Below are positions 1 through 14,000 of a stretch of DNA of 47,046 bases, one piece after another (within the stretch, counting starts at the first letter, position 1; each line of letters begins with the position of its first letter). A program made the translations under genes and the position numbers. Location: positions 1-47,046 of the forward strand of contig JAUCBJ010006903.1 in the NCBI GenBank assembly GCA_032718475.1, written 5' to 3'. Source of the stretch: Nemertoderma westbladi (lineage: Eukaryota > Animalia > Xenacoelomorpha). Below the pieces are notes generated by a model that saw nothing but the letters and a program-made list of their open reading frames with translations, was not told the DNA's origin and ran no database searches.

Positions 1-1130
1 ATCATCATCATTCATTTTCATTATCATGCTGGTAGAGAACGAATTCTTAGCGAAATTCGAACTCGCTATTATTTTGATAAACCCCGTAGAGCTCTGAACC
101 AAGTTCTTAGGAACTGCATACCCTGTAGGAAAGCATGCAGTAGGCCTTTAACACAGCGAGAGGCAGAATTACCTAGGGAACGAGTAAGCTTCTATGAACC
201 ACCTTTTACTAATACTGGTGTAGATTTATTTGGCCCTATTGAAGTATATCGTGCTAGGACTATAGTCAAGAGATGGTGTGTCATCTTCGTGTGCATGACT
301 TGTAGAGCAATCCATCTCGATATGGTGAACGATCTATCTACCAACAGCTTCGTCTTAAGTTTACGACGACAGATCGCTCGCTTCGGGATGAGTAATACCA
401 TGAGATCGGATAAGGGAACGAACTTCATTGGTGCCAACAACGAAATACAGGCTTACGTGAAGGACTGGAACCAAAGACAGGTGGACGACCAGCTAAGGAT
501 AACAGCGTCTAGCTGGACCTTCAACGCCGCCGACGCCCCTTGGTGGGGAGGAAGTTGGGAGAGATTAATTCGAAGTGTCAAAACCGCATTTCACTTTATA
601 GTGCCATGCCGCGCGTATCTCACCGACGAACTTTTGCGGACGTTAATGGAGGAAATCGCTGCCTATCTCAACGAGAGACCGCTTATGCCAGTCTCATCGA
701 GTCCCGATTCCCTGGAAGCGCTAACACCCGCGCACTTCCTACTGAAGAAACCTGTAGCCATGCTCCCACGATCGGAGATTGACGACGGAGACGAATACTG
801 CCGTCGAACTTGGCAACTTATGCAGTTGCTATCCCGTCGTTTCGCTGACCATTTCGAGAAACATTATCTGCCCACGCTACAACTTCGAACTAAGTGGTTT
901 GCGCAGCAAGAAAACGTCAGCGCCGGAGATATGGTGCTTATTGTAGATCCAGACCTCCCACGTAAACGGTGGCAGACAGGTCGTATCATCGAGACCCACA
1001 TCTCAGATGATGGTTTAGTACGCTCGGTAGAACTCATCGTCATGCGGCGTAACTTCAAGAAGCCAGGCATAATCTTTGAGACGCAACAACTCAATCGCCC
1101 AGTTGGTCGTTTATGTTTACTGGAAAGAAA
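1..1130 (+). mobile_element. BEL/Pao LTR retrotransposon pol, C-terminal part (integrase Zn-finger, DDE core, DUF5641-type tail); open from base 1 and runs off the window
   Basis: Frame 1 is open from base 1: [26 protein letters not shown] (HHCC), [99 protein letters not shown]. These are typical BEL/Pao integrase motifs. Confidence 0.92.
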
Positions 1131-3513
1131 CAGAGAACTCTCCGGAAACTATGGAAGGCAAGACACTACTTTACTAGATCACATCCTTTGTAATAATACC
1201 GATATTATTTCTCAATCTGGGGTTTTACCTATAGGTCTAAGCGATCATTTTATAGTTTTTTGCACAAGAAAGACACAAAAATCTTTTTTCGGGGATCATA
1301 AAACAGTAACAGTTAGGTCTATGAAAAATTACAGCAAGGAACGCTTTTTAAGTTTGTTAGTTAATTCTGACTGGGAACCCTGTTTTAAGGCCGCTGACAT
1401 TAACCTTGCGTACACTGTTTTTAAAGATATATTTTTAAAGGCACTTAATACTGTAGCACCAATTAAAGAAATTAGTCTTAAACAACGCACTGAGCCCTGG
1501 ATGACCTCGGGTATTCTTAGTAATATCAGAGAAAGAGATAACTATTTGTATAAATTTAGGAAATACCGTGTTTTAGCTGATTATAATAATTACTGCAAAT
1601 ATAGAAACCTTGTCCAACGGGAAATAAAAAAAGCTAAATCTGAATATTTGTACAACAAAATAAGTGAGAATAAAGATAATCCTAAAAGTCTATGGTCTAC
1701 CCTAAAATCTTTAGGTTATAAAAACCTTAAATCTAAATCGAATATTGTTCTGCAAGATAACGGTGAGCTGATTCATGATCATACTCTAGTTAGTAATTTA
1801 TTTAATAATTATTTTACTAATGTTGCCTCTAATTTAGTTAAGAAATTACCGTTATCAAGTAATAAATATAGTATAGGGTCCGAAACTCTAAATAATTTTT
1901 ATTTAGAAAAGTTACAAAATTCAGAAAAGTTATTTTTAAAACCCGTTTCTGAGGATTTCGTTTTTAAAAATCTACTTAGCCTATCAGCCTCAAAAAGTAC
2001 CGGTCTAGATCTAATACCTGCCCGTTTTCTTAAGGATGGTGCTGAAGTACTTAAAGTGCCTATTACTTTTATTATTAATTACTCTATCGTAGATAATGTA
2101 GTACCAGACGAACTGAAATTAGCTAAGGTTGTTCCTCTGTATAAAAAGAATAGTAAAGTAGAACCCTGTAATTACAGACCTGTTAGTATCTTAAGTATTG
2201 TATCTAAAATTCTAGAACGTTCTGTTTTTCTACAGCTGGAGGCACATCTTAGTAGGCTAAATCTGATCTATGAACTTCAGTCCGGTTTTCGTAAATCATA
2301 TTCTACAGACACCTGCCTTATTAACTTAACTGATACAATTAGATGTAATAACGCAAAGGGTTTATATACTGGTATGGTAATGTTGGACCTACAAAAGGCT
2401 TTCGATACTGTAGATCACGAAATTCTGCTTGGTAAGTTAGGCCTGATTGGTGTAGGTTCTATAGACTGGTTCAAGTCCTACCTGTCAGACAGAGGTCAAA
2501 CTGTAGTCATTAGCAAATCGCTGTCTACTGTACATGAGATTACCTGTGGTGTACCGCAAGGTAGTATATTAGGTCCTCTGCTTTTTGTATGCTATGTAAA
2601 TGATATGATAAGTAGTATAGATCCCGATTTTAAACTCATTTTATATGCCGACGACAGTGCTCTTATTTTCTCTCATAAAGATCCTATCCATATTTCCCAA
2701 AAGTTAAGTGCAGTTCTAGAATCCTGTAATGAGTGGTTGGTTGATAATAAGCTATCCATTCACTACGGTAAAACTGAAAGTATTTTGTTTGGTTCCAAAA
2801 GAAAGTTAAAGAAGGTAACTAAGTTTGAAGTCACTAGTAATGGACATAAGATTGAAAATAAAAAGGAAGTTAAATATTTAGGCGCCACATTGGATAACTG
2901 CTTATCAGGAGAAAGTACAGTGAAAAATATTTTCTCGAAAGTTAACAGTAGGCTTAGGTTTCTATACAGAAATAAAAATAGTTTAAATACCGACTCCCGC
3001 AAGTTACTTTGCTCTTCTTTAATACAGTGTCACATGGACTATGCGTGCTCTTCTTGGTATGAAGGCTTAACCAAACAGCTTAAATGTAAATTACAAGTAG
3101 CTCAGAATAAAGTAGTACGATTTATTAAAGACTACAAACCTAGGCACCACCTAACTCCAGATGACTTTTCTGAATCTGGACTACTTAACTTAGATAGTAG
3201 AGTTAAGCAGCTACGCCTTAACCATGTGCATAAAGTGTATAATGGTAAATGTCCCAATTACCTAAAACAAAAATTCAACAGAGTACGCGATACACACTCT
3301 TACAGTACCAGAGCTAGTGCTTCAAACTTCTACCTCCCGAATTGTAAATCCTTTGAATCTGATACTTTCTTTTTTAACGGCATAAAAAATTGGAACGCTC
3401 TGCCTAATGAAATTAAAAACCTAGATAATCAACATTCTTTTAAATCTGCAGTTAAATCTCATCTCCGTGTGCAATGTAAAAATAGGTACAATAGTCCTAC
3501 AGTAAGTTATTAG
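1..3513 (+). CDS. Continuous chimeric ORF: BEL integrase fused in frame to LINE ORF2 (endonuclease C-terminal remnant plus reverse transcriptase)
   Basis: No stop in frame 1 from base 1 to TAG 3511-3513. The protein switches from BEL integrase (..RLCLLE) to an APE C-terminal motif (TLLDHI..GLSDH) near 1160, where base composition also turns AT-rich. Confidence 0.8.
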   Translation: MIIIHFHYHAGRERILSEIRTRYYFDKPRRALNQVLRNCIPCRKACSRPLTQREAELPRERVSFYEPPFTNTGVDLFGPIEVYRARTIVKRWCVIFVCMTCRAIHLDMVNDLSTNSFVLSLRRQIARFGMSNTMRSDKGTNFIGANNEIQAYVKDWNQRQVDDQLRITASSWTFNAADAPWWGGSWERLIRSVKTAFHFIVPCRAYLTDELLRTLMEEIAAYLNERPLMPVSSSPDSLEALTPAHFLLKKPVAMLPRSEIDDGDEYCRRTWQLMQLLSRRFADHFEKHYLPTLQLRTKWFAQQENVSAGDMVLIVDPDLPRKRWQTGRIIETHISDDGLVRSVELIVMRRNFKKPGIIFETQQLNRPVGRLCLLERNRELSGNYGRQDTTLLDHILCNNTDIISQSGVLPIGLSDHFIVFCTRKTQKSFFGDHKTVTVRSMKNYSKERFLSLLVNSDWEPCFKAADINLAYTVFKDIFLKALNTVAPIKEISLKQRTEPWMTSGILSNIRERDNYLYKFRKYRVLADYNNYCKYRNLVQREIKKAKSEYLYNKISENKDNPKSLWSTLKSLGYKNLKSKSNIVLQDNGELIHDHTLVSNLFNNYFTNVASNLVKKLPLSSNKYSIGSETLNNFYLEKLQNSEKLFLKPVSEDFVFKNLLSLSASKSTGLDLIPARFLKDGAEVLKVPITFIINYSIVDNVVPDELKLAKVVPLYKKNSKVEPCNYRPVSILSIVSKILERSVFLQLEAHLSRLNLIYELQSGFRKSYSTDTCLINLTDTIRCNNAKGLYTGMVMLDLQKAFDTVDHEILLGKLGLIGVGSIDWFKSYLSDRGQTVVISKSLSTVHEITCGVPQGSILGPLLFVCYVNDMISSIDPDFKLILYADDSALIFSHKDPIHISQKLSAVLESCNEWLVDNKLSIHYGKTESILFGSKRKLKKVTKFEVTSNGHKIENKKEVKYLGATLDNCLSGESTVKNIFSKVNSRLRFLYRNKNSLNTDSRKLLCSSLIQCHMDYACSSWYEGLTKQLKCKLQVAQNKVVRFIKDYKPRHHLTPDDFSESGLLNLDSRVKQLRLNHVHKVYNGKCPNYLKQKFNRVRDTHSYSTRASASNFYLPNCKSFESDTFFFNGIKNWNALPNEIKNLDNQHSFKSAVKSHLRVQCKNRYNSPTVSY

Positions 3514-3846
3514 TTTATTAATTATTTACTATTTATACTGTAATTACGTTTTATAATAAATTGTTCTGTACATTACATCTTTATCGCTGAGTCGGACATT
3601 GTCACGCTCTCGGTAAAGTTGTACATGTACATAGTGTAATTACGTTTTATATTGGTTTTAGGTTAGCGTAGTGTAATATTGTATTTGTAACCAAGTAACA
3701 TAAAGGACCCCCTTGGAAATAAGCTGCAAAGCTTTAGGGGTAATCCTATATGTTATGTTGGACAATACCTTTATACCGGTACATTGTTTGGTGTATTTGT
3801 TATTGTTTTTACATAATGTATAAATAAATCTATCTATCTATCTATC
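1160..3846 (+). mobile_element. 5'-truncated CR1-group (L2/Crack-like) LINE: end of APE, RT, 3' UTR and (TCTA)n tail
   Basis: Motifs [68 protein letters not shown]. The 3' UTR has a stem-loop at 3705-3746, then AATAAA followed by tctatctatctatctatc to about 3846. Confidence 0.9.
3705..3746 (+). other. LINE 3' UTR stem-loop (putative RT recognition element)
   Basis: ggacccccttggaaataagct-gcaa-agctttaggggtaatcc: CCCCT/AGGGG and AAGCT/AGCTT pair around a GCAA (GNRA) loop, about 80 nt before the tail. Confidence 0.55.
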
Positions 3847-3859
3847 CCCATCTTCTATT

Positions 3860-4000
3860 ACTGGAGTCTCAAGAAAGTCATGCGCTGTCCTCCACGCCTT
3901 TTCTTTCCATGCGGGCACCACACAGAAGCACAGGAGCGTTCATTCCGCCAGCTAGATCTTGCAGTGAAAGCAATGTCCTGCAAAGCGGAGGCGCTCTGTT
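3860..4000 (-). mobile_element. Decayed RTE-clade LINE 3' coding fragment
   Basis: Minus strand reads ERLRFAGHCFH and, after a frame break, WCPHGKKRRGGQRMTFLR. This resembles the RTE C-terminal RLRFAGHCxR ... WxPxxGxRxRGRP motif. Confidence 0.55.
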
Positions 4001-4295
4001 CTAGTGTTAAGCTTGTGGGGACTAAAGAGACACTAGTGCTTGTTCTACTGCTGCTCTAAATAGGCCTACTCGAACCTTAACTTATGCTAACTATGCCTTC
4101 CGATTACTAATGCAAAACTCTTCACCTGACATCCGGATCCATGATCCCAAGTAGCAGAAGTCATCCACATTATCAATCACATTACATCATCGTTGAAGTT
4201 TATGCTCATACGACGAGAAATTTCCTGAAGACTGTACAGTTTACAGTATAAGATAAATCTCAAAATATTGGTCTTTTTAGTGTTAACAAAAAATA

Positions 4296-4590
4296 CACCT
4301 TGGCGTAGTGGTTAAATCCGTTACCTTGAAATCTTTTCGGAGATCGTGGGTTCGATCCCTGCATGGGGTCCAGAGTCGCTTTCGTTTGGGAACGAATGCT
4401 TTAAAGGGACTACTAAGTGCAAATCTCTGCTAGAAGCGTCCTTCTCCAATGGAGATGAGAAGCCGTTGGGTTCCCTCTAATGATTCCGTGAATACTACTG
4501 AGTATCAGTAAAGTCTCGATCATTAAGGTGCTTGGCTTGAACGGATTTCTCGACTTCTCGTGCCAGTAGGAGATATTACCATCACCCCAT
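4296..4590 (+). mobile_element. tRNA-derived SINE (Pol III A and B boxes)
   Basis: A box TGGCGTAGTGG at 4301-4311 and B box GGTTCGATCCC at 4349-4359, followed by a non-tRNA body. No clean cloverleaf. The 3' end is approximate. Confidence 0.6.
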
Positions 4591-4803
4591 CTTAATAATT
4601 ACATCCATAAACAAAACAATGCACCAATTCCAAGTAGTGAAGTACTGTAGTTATAGTAAACTCAACCATCTACAGCTACTGTACTCTTACATAAATTATT
4701 GCAACTTATCAGTCTCTCTTAACTGTAGCTGTTACAACACATTATCTTCGAAACATCTATCTATGTCTGTTACCGTCAGCTGATCTGTGATTGTAAGATT
4801 GTT

Positions 4804-5035
4804 ATGACATTTTTTTTTGTTTTTACCTGCGTACCGGTAACGTTTTTACTTATTGTTCTACTCATTCTCACCTAACCATTGTCCGCTATCCGTCGGTCAC
4901 GGTTAATGTTTTGGTTGTCCACGAGACCCGTCCCATCACATTACCCTACTAAGAAATTTACCACAACAGACATAACGGACAGTTCACCACGCAGGCATGC
5001 CGAAATGAGTTGTCAGTTATGGACGAAGCAATTCG
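4804..5035 (+). CDS. EGFR: EGFR-like candidate exon 1 (signal peptide; contains in-frame TAA at 4873-4875)
   Basis: ATG 4804 gives MTFFFVFTCVPVTFLLIVLLILT*, and the same frame continues to G|GTAAGT at 5035/5036. This phase-1 donor matches the next exon. Confidence 0.5.
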
Positions 5036-8000
5036 GTAAGTCGCCGTATGTTTGTGACCGGACTGCAGCTCCAGTTCGTGGACCCACTGTGTGGAACAGA
5101 GTAAGGGGAGAAAGCTATTGACGCTGTTATGTCGGGAAGAAAGGACCATGAACACCAACAGAGTCAAAACGATATCGATTGCCGATATCCCCATGCAATC
5201 CATTACTCTGTTTTCTGTTATGTTAATTTCAGTTTGCGATGGTACACGCAACCAATTGTCGAATGTTTGGGGATCGAAAATACCAATCGATTTCGAAGGC
5301 AAACTCTATAAACGGTATCATGACAGCGACAACAATCCATGCACGTATATCAAAGACAATTTGGAACTCGTGGACATCTCGAATTCCTCAGTCGATTTGA
5401 GTTTTTTATCATCAATAAGAGAGGTTTGTTGACTGGTGACCGTTAGACCGTTACATATGCTATTGTATAATAACTAGTTTAGCTCTACGTTAAAACAATT
5501 ATTATATGTTTTCTAATTTTCCTTCTTATTGTACTACAGAACTTATTATTTATTATTCTGGAATTTCGCTAATTATCTTATAGAATGGGGTGCCTCATTA
5601 ACTAAGTAATTATAAATTCTTAAAATATCTAATATAAAAACTTATACAATGACAAGTTTTGGGTTCTAAGGGACTGGAGTTATCATAGAAAAGAGGAATG
5701 CATTTAATGCACCTATCACATCCAACAATTTTATTATTTTACATAACAAAATAGGTAGCCGGAGCTGTTATTATATATAATACAGCACTCAAAAGGATCC
5801 CGTTGAATAATCTCACCATCATCCGTGGTAAACATGTCGTACAAAACTCAGTTTGCTCCCTTTTCGTAATAAAGAATCCGGATTTGGAATATCTCGGTAT
5901 TGGCTCCCTAAAAGGTAAGTTTTTCGCGTCACTGATAACTTCATTGCGTATTGTTTGTTGGACTGTGCGGGTGCGTAACTACTGTGTGACTGACCGTTAG
6001 AGGGATTGCGTCTCGCACTACTGTGACTTCACCTTAAAATATATTATTGTGTTTCATCATTAGGCATGTATGAACCTCTGCTGTTCGTATCGTCTTATCT
6101 TATGACTTTCTTTACTTTTACTTGTTTGTTAAATCAAAATTGTAAGTGTTTTCATTCAGTTTCGACATATTTTAACGTTCTAATTTCGTGCTGTGTTCTT
6201 CATTTGTCGACGCACCATCCCCTGTAGTTAACACACATCCCTTGTTGATAACTCTCCATCCCCTGTAGTTAACACACATCCCTTGTTGTTAACTCTCCAT
6301 CCCCTGTAGTTAACACACATCCCTCACTGTTAATTATCCATCCCCTGTAGTTAACACACATCACTTATTGTTAAGGGGGGGGGGGGGGGGGGGGGGGGTA
6401 GTCGGATTTGGCAACCTTTTGGTAATGTTTAAAATACACCATAGTATATCATTGGATACTAGGACATAATATATATATTCTGAAAGGTAATTGGACGGGC
6501 TTTCCATTTCTGTGGTCACACATCTAAAATACTCGCTTCTGATTGGCTAATAGCCAATTAAACGAAATTTTGATTGGTCCGTTCTTAAAATGTATCTCCT
6601 CCTACAATTTTGAGTATTTTGGTCTGAAAATTGGTGAGTACGTGCACTGACTATCCCTTTACAGAATCCTTAGAGGAATTTTTGAATTTCGTTTTCAAAA
6701 TGATTTTATTGCACTTTTTGTGACACGAAGTCATCAAATTTTCATTTTTATAGACTACATAAGCTTTAATCTAACTTTTCTCGAAAACTAGAGCGAAATT
6801 CAAAAATCCATCTAAGGGTTCTGTTCAGGAGAGACAGGGCTTTCAAAAAAAAAATTAGCCAAATCGGATAAAGATTGAAGGAGGAGATACATTTTTAGTG
6901 ACTAAAAGTGTCCAAAAAATGAAATAGGAGTAAATGACAAAAACAAAATGTCATTTTTTGAACCTTACCGCGAAAACTGTCTGTGAATATCAAAGAATGT
7001 CAGTTTAATAATGTCCGTCAGTTAGAATGATAAACTAACAAGATATTTTGATATGGGTCATATGTTCATTTGATAGATTTCATTTCTGATGTTAATTTTT
7101 ATGTTTGGTAGAATCTAGACTGTATGTCTGTTGGTCTGTATGTCTGTCTGTTTGTCCATCAGTTGTCCGTCTAATTTTAATAAATCACACCAGCTAGCTA
7201 AAATTTTCATTGTGGGGGTTTTCGGGGTCGGGCATTTCATTTCCAATATCAATTTTTATGTTTGATAGAGTCTAGGCTGTCTGTCTGTCGGTCTGTCTGT
7301 CTGTCTGCTAGTTGTCTGTCCAATTTGAATAAATCACACAAGATACCTAAAATTTCCATTGTGGGGGTTTTCTGGGTCGGGCATTTCATTTCCGATGTCA
7401 ATTTCCCACTCAATATTATTGAAGCGATGTTTGGGAGCATTTACCCAGAACCAGAATGAAGCTATCAATAGCATCCTATGGACACGTGCTCCAAAATGTC
7501 GGTTCAATGGGGAAAGTCGTTTGTCACTAGCGCTTCATAGCACTGTGCTATATTTCAATCTTGGATGTGAAGGAAGAAGGAGAGTCATGAAGAAATTGTT
7601 AAAGATTAGTGACAATGACATTCCTTCTGCCTTTCATATTCTTGGGCACAAGCAAAACACGAAGCGAGTTTATAGAGTGTCTGAAAAGTTCCAAAAAAGG
7701 GGCCTAAAACATAAAAAGGCAATTGATGATGCCAAGGAGAGCCATGAACATTATGCTGCAGGTGCTCATGGTGGATTGTGATGAAAATTTGTCAGAGGGA
7801 GCCAAACCTGGTTTATATGGCTTCCAGCAAACATGAAAAAGCCAAAATGGATGTAACCTGGTTTATATGGCTTCCAGCAAACATGAAAAAGCCAAAATTA
7901 TGTAACCTGGTTTATATGGCTTCCAGTAAACATCAAAAAAGCCAATCCCTCTGCCCTTCCTGCAACACGTTGACGTCGTGGCAGAGCTTAAAACTGAATT

Positions 8001-11000
8001 TGGATACTTCAGTTGAACTAAGGCTGCAGGAAATATCATTTGATGGAATCAGCTAAATCAAATATGTCATATAGAACGAAAAGTGCAATTAGTGTAAAAA
8101 AAACAGATTTTTTGATGGTCAGATTTTTTAATAAGTGCCACCATCGGATTCATTCAGCGACCTGAAAAACCCCACAAGAATTATAATTGGCGTTATAAGA
8201 CAAATCTCTGAGATTTTGAAATTTTGTATGGTCCGAAAAGTGCAATTAGTGTAAAAAAAACAGTCAAGACTTGGTCAGATTTTTTAATAAGTGCCACCAT
8301 CGTATTCAGCGACCTGAAAAACCCCACAAGAATTATAATTGGCGTTATAAGACAAATCTCTGAGATTTTAAAATTTTGTATGGTCCGAAAAGTGCAAGTA
8401 GTGAAAAAAAAAACAGCCAAGACTTGGTCAGATATTTTAATAAGTGCCACCATCGGATTCATTCAGCGACCTGAAAAACCCCACAAGAATTATAATTGGC
8501 GTTATAAGACAAATCTCTGAGATTTTGAAATTTTGTATGGTCCGAAAAGTGCAATTAGTGTAAAAAAAACAGTCAAGACTTGGTCAGATTTTTTAATAAG
8601 TGCCACCATCGGATTCAGCGACCTGAAAAACCCCACAAGAATTATAATTGGCGTTATAAGACAAATCTCAGAGATTTTGAAATTTTGTATGGTCCGAAAA
8701 GTGCAAGTAGTGAAAAAAAAACAGCCAAGACTTGGTCAGATATTTTAATAAGTGCCACCATCGGATTCAGCGACCTAAAAAACCCCACAAGAATTATAAT
8801 TGGTGTAATAAGACAAATCTGTGTGATTTTGAAATTTTTTATGGTACGAAAAGTGCAAGTAGTGAAAAAAAAACAGCCAAGACTTGGTCAGATATTTTAA
8901 TAAGTGCCACCATCGGATTCAGCGACCTAAAAAACCCCACAAGAATTATAATTGGTGTAATAAGACAAATCTGTGTGATTTTGAAATTTTTTATGGTACG
9001 AAAAGTGCAAGTAGTGAAAAAAGCCAAATATCTCGAAAACGAAAAGTGATATTGCGAAACCGCGTCAAGATTTGAAATCTACATAAAATTTCGGTCTTAA
9101 TGAAATAATTAAAAAAAATGATTTTTTTTTCACCAAATTCGACTACCCCCCCCCCCCCCCCCCCCCTTAACTCCATTCCCTGTAGTTAACACACATCCCT
9201 TATTAATAACTCTCCATCCCTTGTAGTTAACACACATCCCTTATTGTTAACACTCCATCCCCTGTAGTTAACACACATCCCTTATTGTAACTCTCCATCC
9301 CCTGTAGTTAACAAGCACCCCTTATTGTTAACTCTCCATCCCCTGTAGTTAACACACATCCCTTAATGTTAACTCTCCATCCCCTGTAGTTAACACACAT
9401 CCCTTATTGTTAACTCTCCATCCCCTGTAGTTAACACACATCCCTTAATGTTAACTCTCCATCCCCTGTAGTTAACACACATCCCTTGTTGTTAACTCTC
9501 CATCCCCTGTAGTTAACACACATCCCTTAATGTTAACTCTCCATCCCCTGTAGTTAACACACCTCCCTTATTGTTAACTCTCCATCCCCTGTAGTTAACA
9601 CACATCCCTTAATGTTAACTCTCCATCCCCTGTAGGTAACACACATTCCTTAATGTTAACTCTCCATCCCCTGTAGTTAACACACATCCCTTATTGTTAA
9701 CTCTCCATCCCCTGTAGTTAACACACATCCCTTAATGTTAACTCTCCATCCCCTGTAGTTAACACACATCCCTTGTTGTTAACTCTCCATCCCCTGTAGT
9801 TAACACACATCCCTTAATGTTAACTCTCCATCCCCTGTAGTTAACACACATCCCTTATTGTTAACTCTCCATCCCCTGTAGTTAACACACATCCCTTAAT
9901 GTTAACTCTCCATCCCCTGTAGTTAACACACATTCCTTGTTGTTAACTCTCCATCCCTTGTAGTTAACACACATCCCTTAATGTCAACTCTCCATCCCCT
10001 GTAGTTAACACACATCCCTTATTGTTAACTCCCCATCCCCTGTAGTTAACACACATCCCTTAATGTTAACTCTCCATCCCCTGTAGTTAACACACATCCC
10101 TTATTGTTAACTCTCAATCCCCTGTAGTTAACACGCATCCCTTAATGTTAACTCTCCATCCCCTGTAGTTAACACACATCCCTTATTGTTAACTCACCAT
10201 CCCCTGTAGTTAACACACATCCCTTATTGTTAACTCTCCATCCCCTGTAGTTAACAAGCATCCCTTAATGTTAACTCTCCATCCCCTGTAGTTAACACAC
10301 ATCCCTTATTGTTAACTCTCCATCCCCTGTAGTTAACACACATCCCTTAATGTTAACTCTCCATCCCCTGTGGTTAACAAGCATCCCTTGATGTTAACTC
10401 TCCATCCCCTGTAGTTAACACACATCCCTTATTGTTAACTCTCCATCTCCTGTAGTTAACACGCATCCCTTAATGTTAACTCTCCACCCCCTGTAGTTAA
10501 CAAGCATCCCTTAATGTGAACTCTCCATCCCCTGTAGTTAACACACATCCCTTAATGTTAACTCTCCATCCCCTGTAGTTAACACACATCCCTTATTGTT
10601 AACTCTCCATCCCCTGTAGTTAACACACATCCCTTAATGTTAACTCTCCATCCCCTGTAGTTAACACACATTCCTTAATGTTAACTCTCCATCCCCTGTA
10701 GTTAACACACATCCCTTATTGTTAACTCACCATCCCCTGTAGTTAACACACATCCCTTATTGTTAACTCTCCATCCCCTGTAGTTAACAAGCATCCCTTA
10801 ATGTTAACTCTCCATCCCCTGTAGTTAACACACATCCCTTATTGTTAACTCACCATCCCCTGTAGTTAACACACATCCCTTATTGTTAACTCTCCATCCC
10901 CTGTAGTTAACAAGCATCCCTTAATGTTAACTCTCCATCCCCTGTAGTTAACACACATCCCTTAATGTTAACTCTCCACCCCCTGTAGTTAACAAGCATC

Positions 11001-14000
11001 CCTTAATGTTAACTCTCCATCCCCTGTAGTTGACACACATCCCTTATTGTTAACTCTCCATCCCCTGTAGTTAACACACATCCCTTAATGTTAACACTCC
11101 ATCCCCTGTAGTTAACACACATCCCTTATTGTTAACTCTCCATCCCCTGTAGTTAACACACATCCCTTAATGTTAACTATCCATCCCCTGTAGTTAACAC
11201 ACATCCCTTGTTGTTAACTCTCCATCCCCTGTAGTTAACACACATCCCTTAATGTTAACACTCCATCCCCTGTAGTTAACACACATCCCTTATTGTTAAC
11301 TCACCATCCCCTGTAGTTAACACACATCCCTTAATGTTAACTATCCATCCCCTGTAGTTAACACACATCCCTTAATGTTAACTCTCCATCCCCTGTAGTT
11401 AACACACATCCCTTGTTGTTAACTCTCCATCCCCTGTAGTTAACATACATCCCTTAATGTTAACTCTCCATCCCCTGTAGTTAACACACATCCCTTGTTG
11501 TTAACTCTCCATCCCATGTAGTTAACACACATCCCTTAATGTTAACTCTCCATCCCCTGTAGTTAACACACATCCCTTATTGTAATTCTCCATCCCCTGT
11601 AGTTAACACACATCCCTTATTGTAACTCTCCATCCCCTGTAGTTAACACACATCCCTTGTTGTTAACTCTCCATCCCATGTATTTAACACACATCCCTTA
11701 ATGTTAACTCTCCATCCCCTGTAGTTAACACACACCCCTTATTGTTAACTCTCCATCCCCTGTAGTTAACACACATCCCTTATTGTTAACTCCATTCCCT
11801 GTAGTTAACACATATCCCTTAATGTTAAATCTCCATCCCATGTAGTTAACACACATCCCTTATTGTAACTCTCCATCCCCTGTAGTTAACACACATCCCT
11901 TATTGTAACTCTCCATCCCCTGTAGTTAACACACATCCCTTATTGTAACTCTCCATCCCCTATAGTTAACACACATCCCTTATTGTAACTCTCCATCCCC
12001 TGTAGTAAACAAGCATCCCTTATTGTAACTCTCCATCCCCTGTAGTTAACACACGTCCCTTATTGTAACTCTCCATCCCCTGTAGTTAACAAACATCCCT
12101 TATTGTAACTCTCCATCCCCTGTAGTTAACACACATCCCTTATTGTAACTCTCCATCCCCTGTAGTAAACAAGCATCCCTTATTGTAACGCTCCATTCCC
12201 TGTAGTTAACACACATCCCTTAATGTTAACTCTCCATCCCCTGTAGTTAACACACATCCCTTATTGTAACTCTCCATCCCCTGTAGTTAACACACATCCC
12301 TTGTTGTTAACTCTCCATCCCCTGTAGTTAACACACATCCCTTAATGTTAACACTCCATCCCCTGTAGTTAACACACATTCCTTATTGTTAACTCACCAT
12401 CCCCTGTAGTTAACACACATCCCTTATTGTAATTCTCCATCCCCTGTAGTTAACACACATCCCTTATTGTAACTCTCCATCCCCTGTAGTTAACACACAT
12501 CCCTTGTTGTTAACTCTCCATCCCCTGTAGTTAACACACATCCCTTAATGTTAACTCTCCATCCCCTGTAGTTAACACACACCCCTTATTGTTAACTCTC
12601 CATCCCCTGTAGTCAACACACATCCCTTATTGTTAACTCCATTCCCTGTAGTTAACACACATCCCTTAATGTTAAATCTCCATCCCCTGTAGTTAACACA
12701 CATCCCTTATTGTTAACTCTCCATCCCCTGTAGTTAACACACATCCCTTGTTGTTAACTCTCCATCCCCTGTAGTTAACACACATCCCTTAATGTTAACT
12801 CTCCATCCCCTGTAGTTAACACACATCCCTTGTTGTTAACTCTCCATCCCCTGTAGTTAACACACATACCTTAATGTTAACTCTCCATCCCCTGTAGTTA
12901 ACACACACCCCTTATTGTTAACTCTCCATCCCCTGTAGTTAACACACATCCCTTATTGTTAACTCTCCATCCCCTGTAGTTAACACACATCCCTTGTTGT
13001 TAACTCTCCATCCCCTGTAGTTAACACACATCCCTTGTTGTTAACTCTCCATCCCCTGTAGTTAACACACATCCCTTAATGTTAACTCTCCATCCCCTGT
13101 AGTTAACACACATCCTTATTGTTAACTCTCCATCCCCTGCAGTTAACACACATCCCTTGTTGTTAACTCTCCATCCCCTGTAGTTAACACACATCCCTTA
13201 TTGTTAACTCTCCATCCCCTGTAGTTAACACACATCCCTTATTGTTAACTCTCCATCCCCTGTAGTTAACACACATCCCTTATAGTTAACTCTCCATCCC
13301 CTGTAGTTAACACACATCCCTTATTGTTAACTCTCCATCCCATGTAGTTAACACACATCCCTTGTTGTTAACTCTCCATCCCCTGTAGTTAACACGTATC
13401 CCTTATTGTTAACTCTCCATCCCCTGTAGTTAACACACATCCCTTGTTGTTAACTCTCCATCCCCTGTAGTTAACACACATCCCTTGTTGTTAACTCTCC
13501 ATCCCCTGTAGTTAACACACATCCCTTAATGTTAACTCTCCATCCCCTGTAGTTAACACACATCCTTATTGTTAACTCTCCATCCCCTGCAGTTAACACA
13601 CATCCCTTGTTGTTAACTCTCCATCCCCTGTAGTTAACACACATCCCTTATTGTTAACTCTCCATCCCCTGTAGTTAACACACATCCCTTATTGTTAACT
13701 CTCCATCCCCTGTAGTTAACACACATCCCTTATAGTTAACTCTCCATCCCCTGTAGTTAACACACATCCCTTATTGTTAACTCTCCATCCCATGTAGTTA
13801 ACACACATCCCTTGTTGTTAACTCTCCATCCCCTGTAGTTAACACGCATCCCTTATTGTTAACTCTCCATCCCCTGTAGTTAACACACATCCCTTGTTGT
13901 TAACTCTCCATCCCCTGTAGTTAACACACATCCCTTGTTGTTAACTCTCCATCCCCTGTAGTTAACACACATCCCTTGTTGTTAACTCTCCATCCCCTGT

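Larger units (their letters stand above)
6375..9166 (+). mobile_element. Kolobok-like DNA transposon, internally deleted, with TTAA target-site duplication
   Basis: TTAA (6371-6374) then G24-TAGTCGGATTTGG at the left end; CCAAATTCGACTA-C21 then TTAA (9167-9170) at the right end. Transposase remnant inside. The satellite unit resumes in register after the TSD. Confidence 0.85.

Noticed and set aside
4296-4370. Functional tRNA gene (also 46893-46960)
   Set aside because: A and B boxes are present, but acceptor and anticodon stems do not pair; a SINE head is more likely.
8193-9176. Cluster of short ORFs
   Set aside because: Translations of the roughly 153-bp internal tandem repeat.
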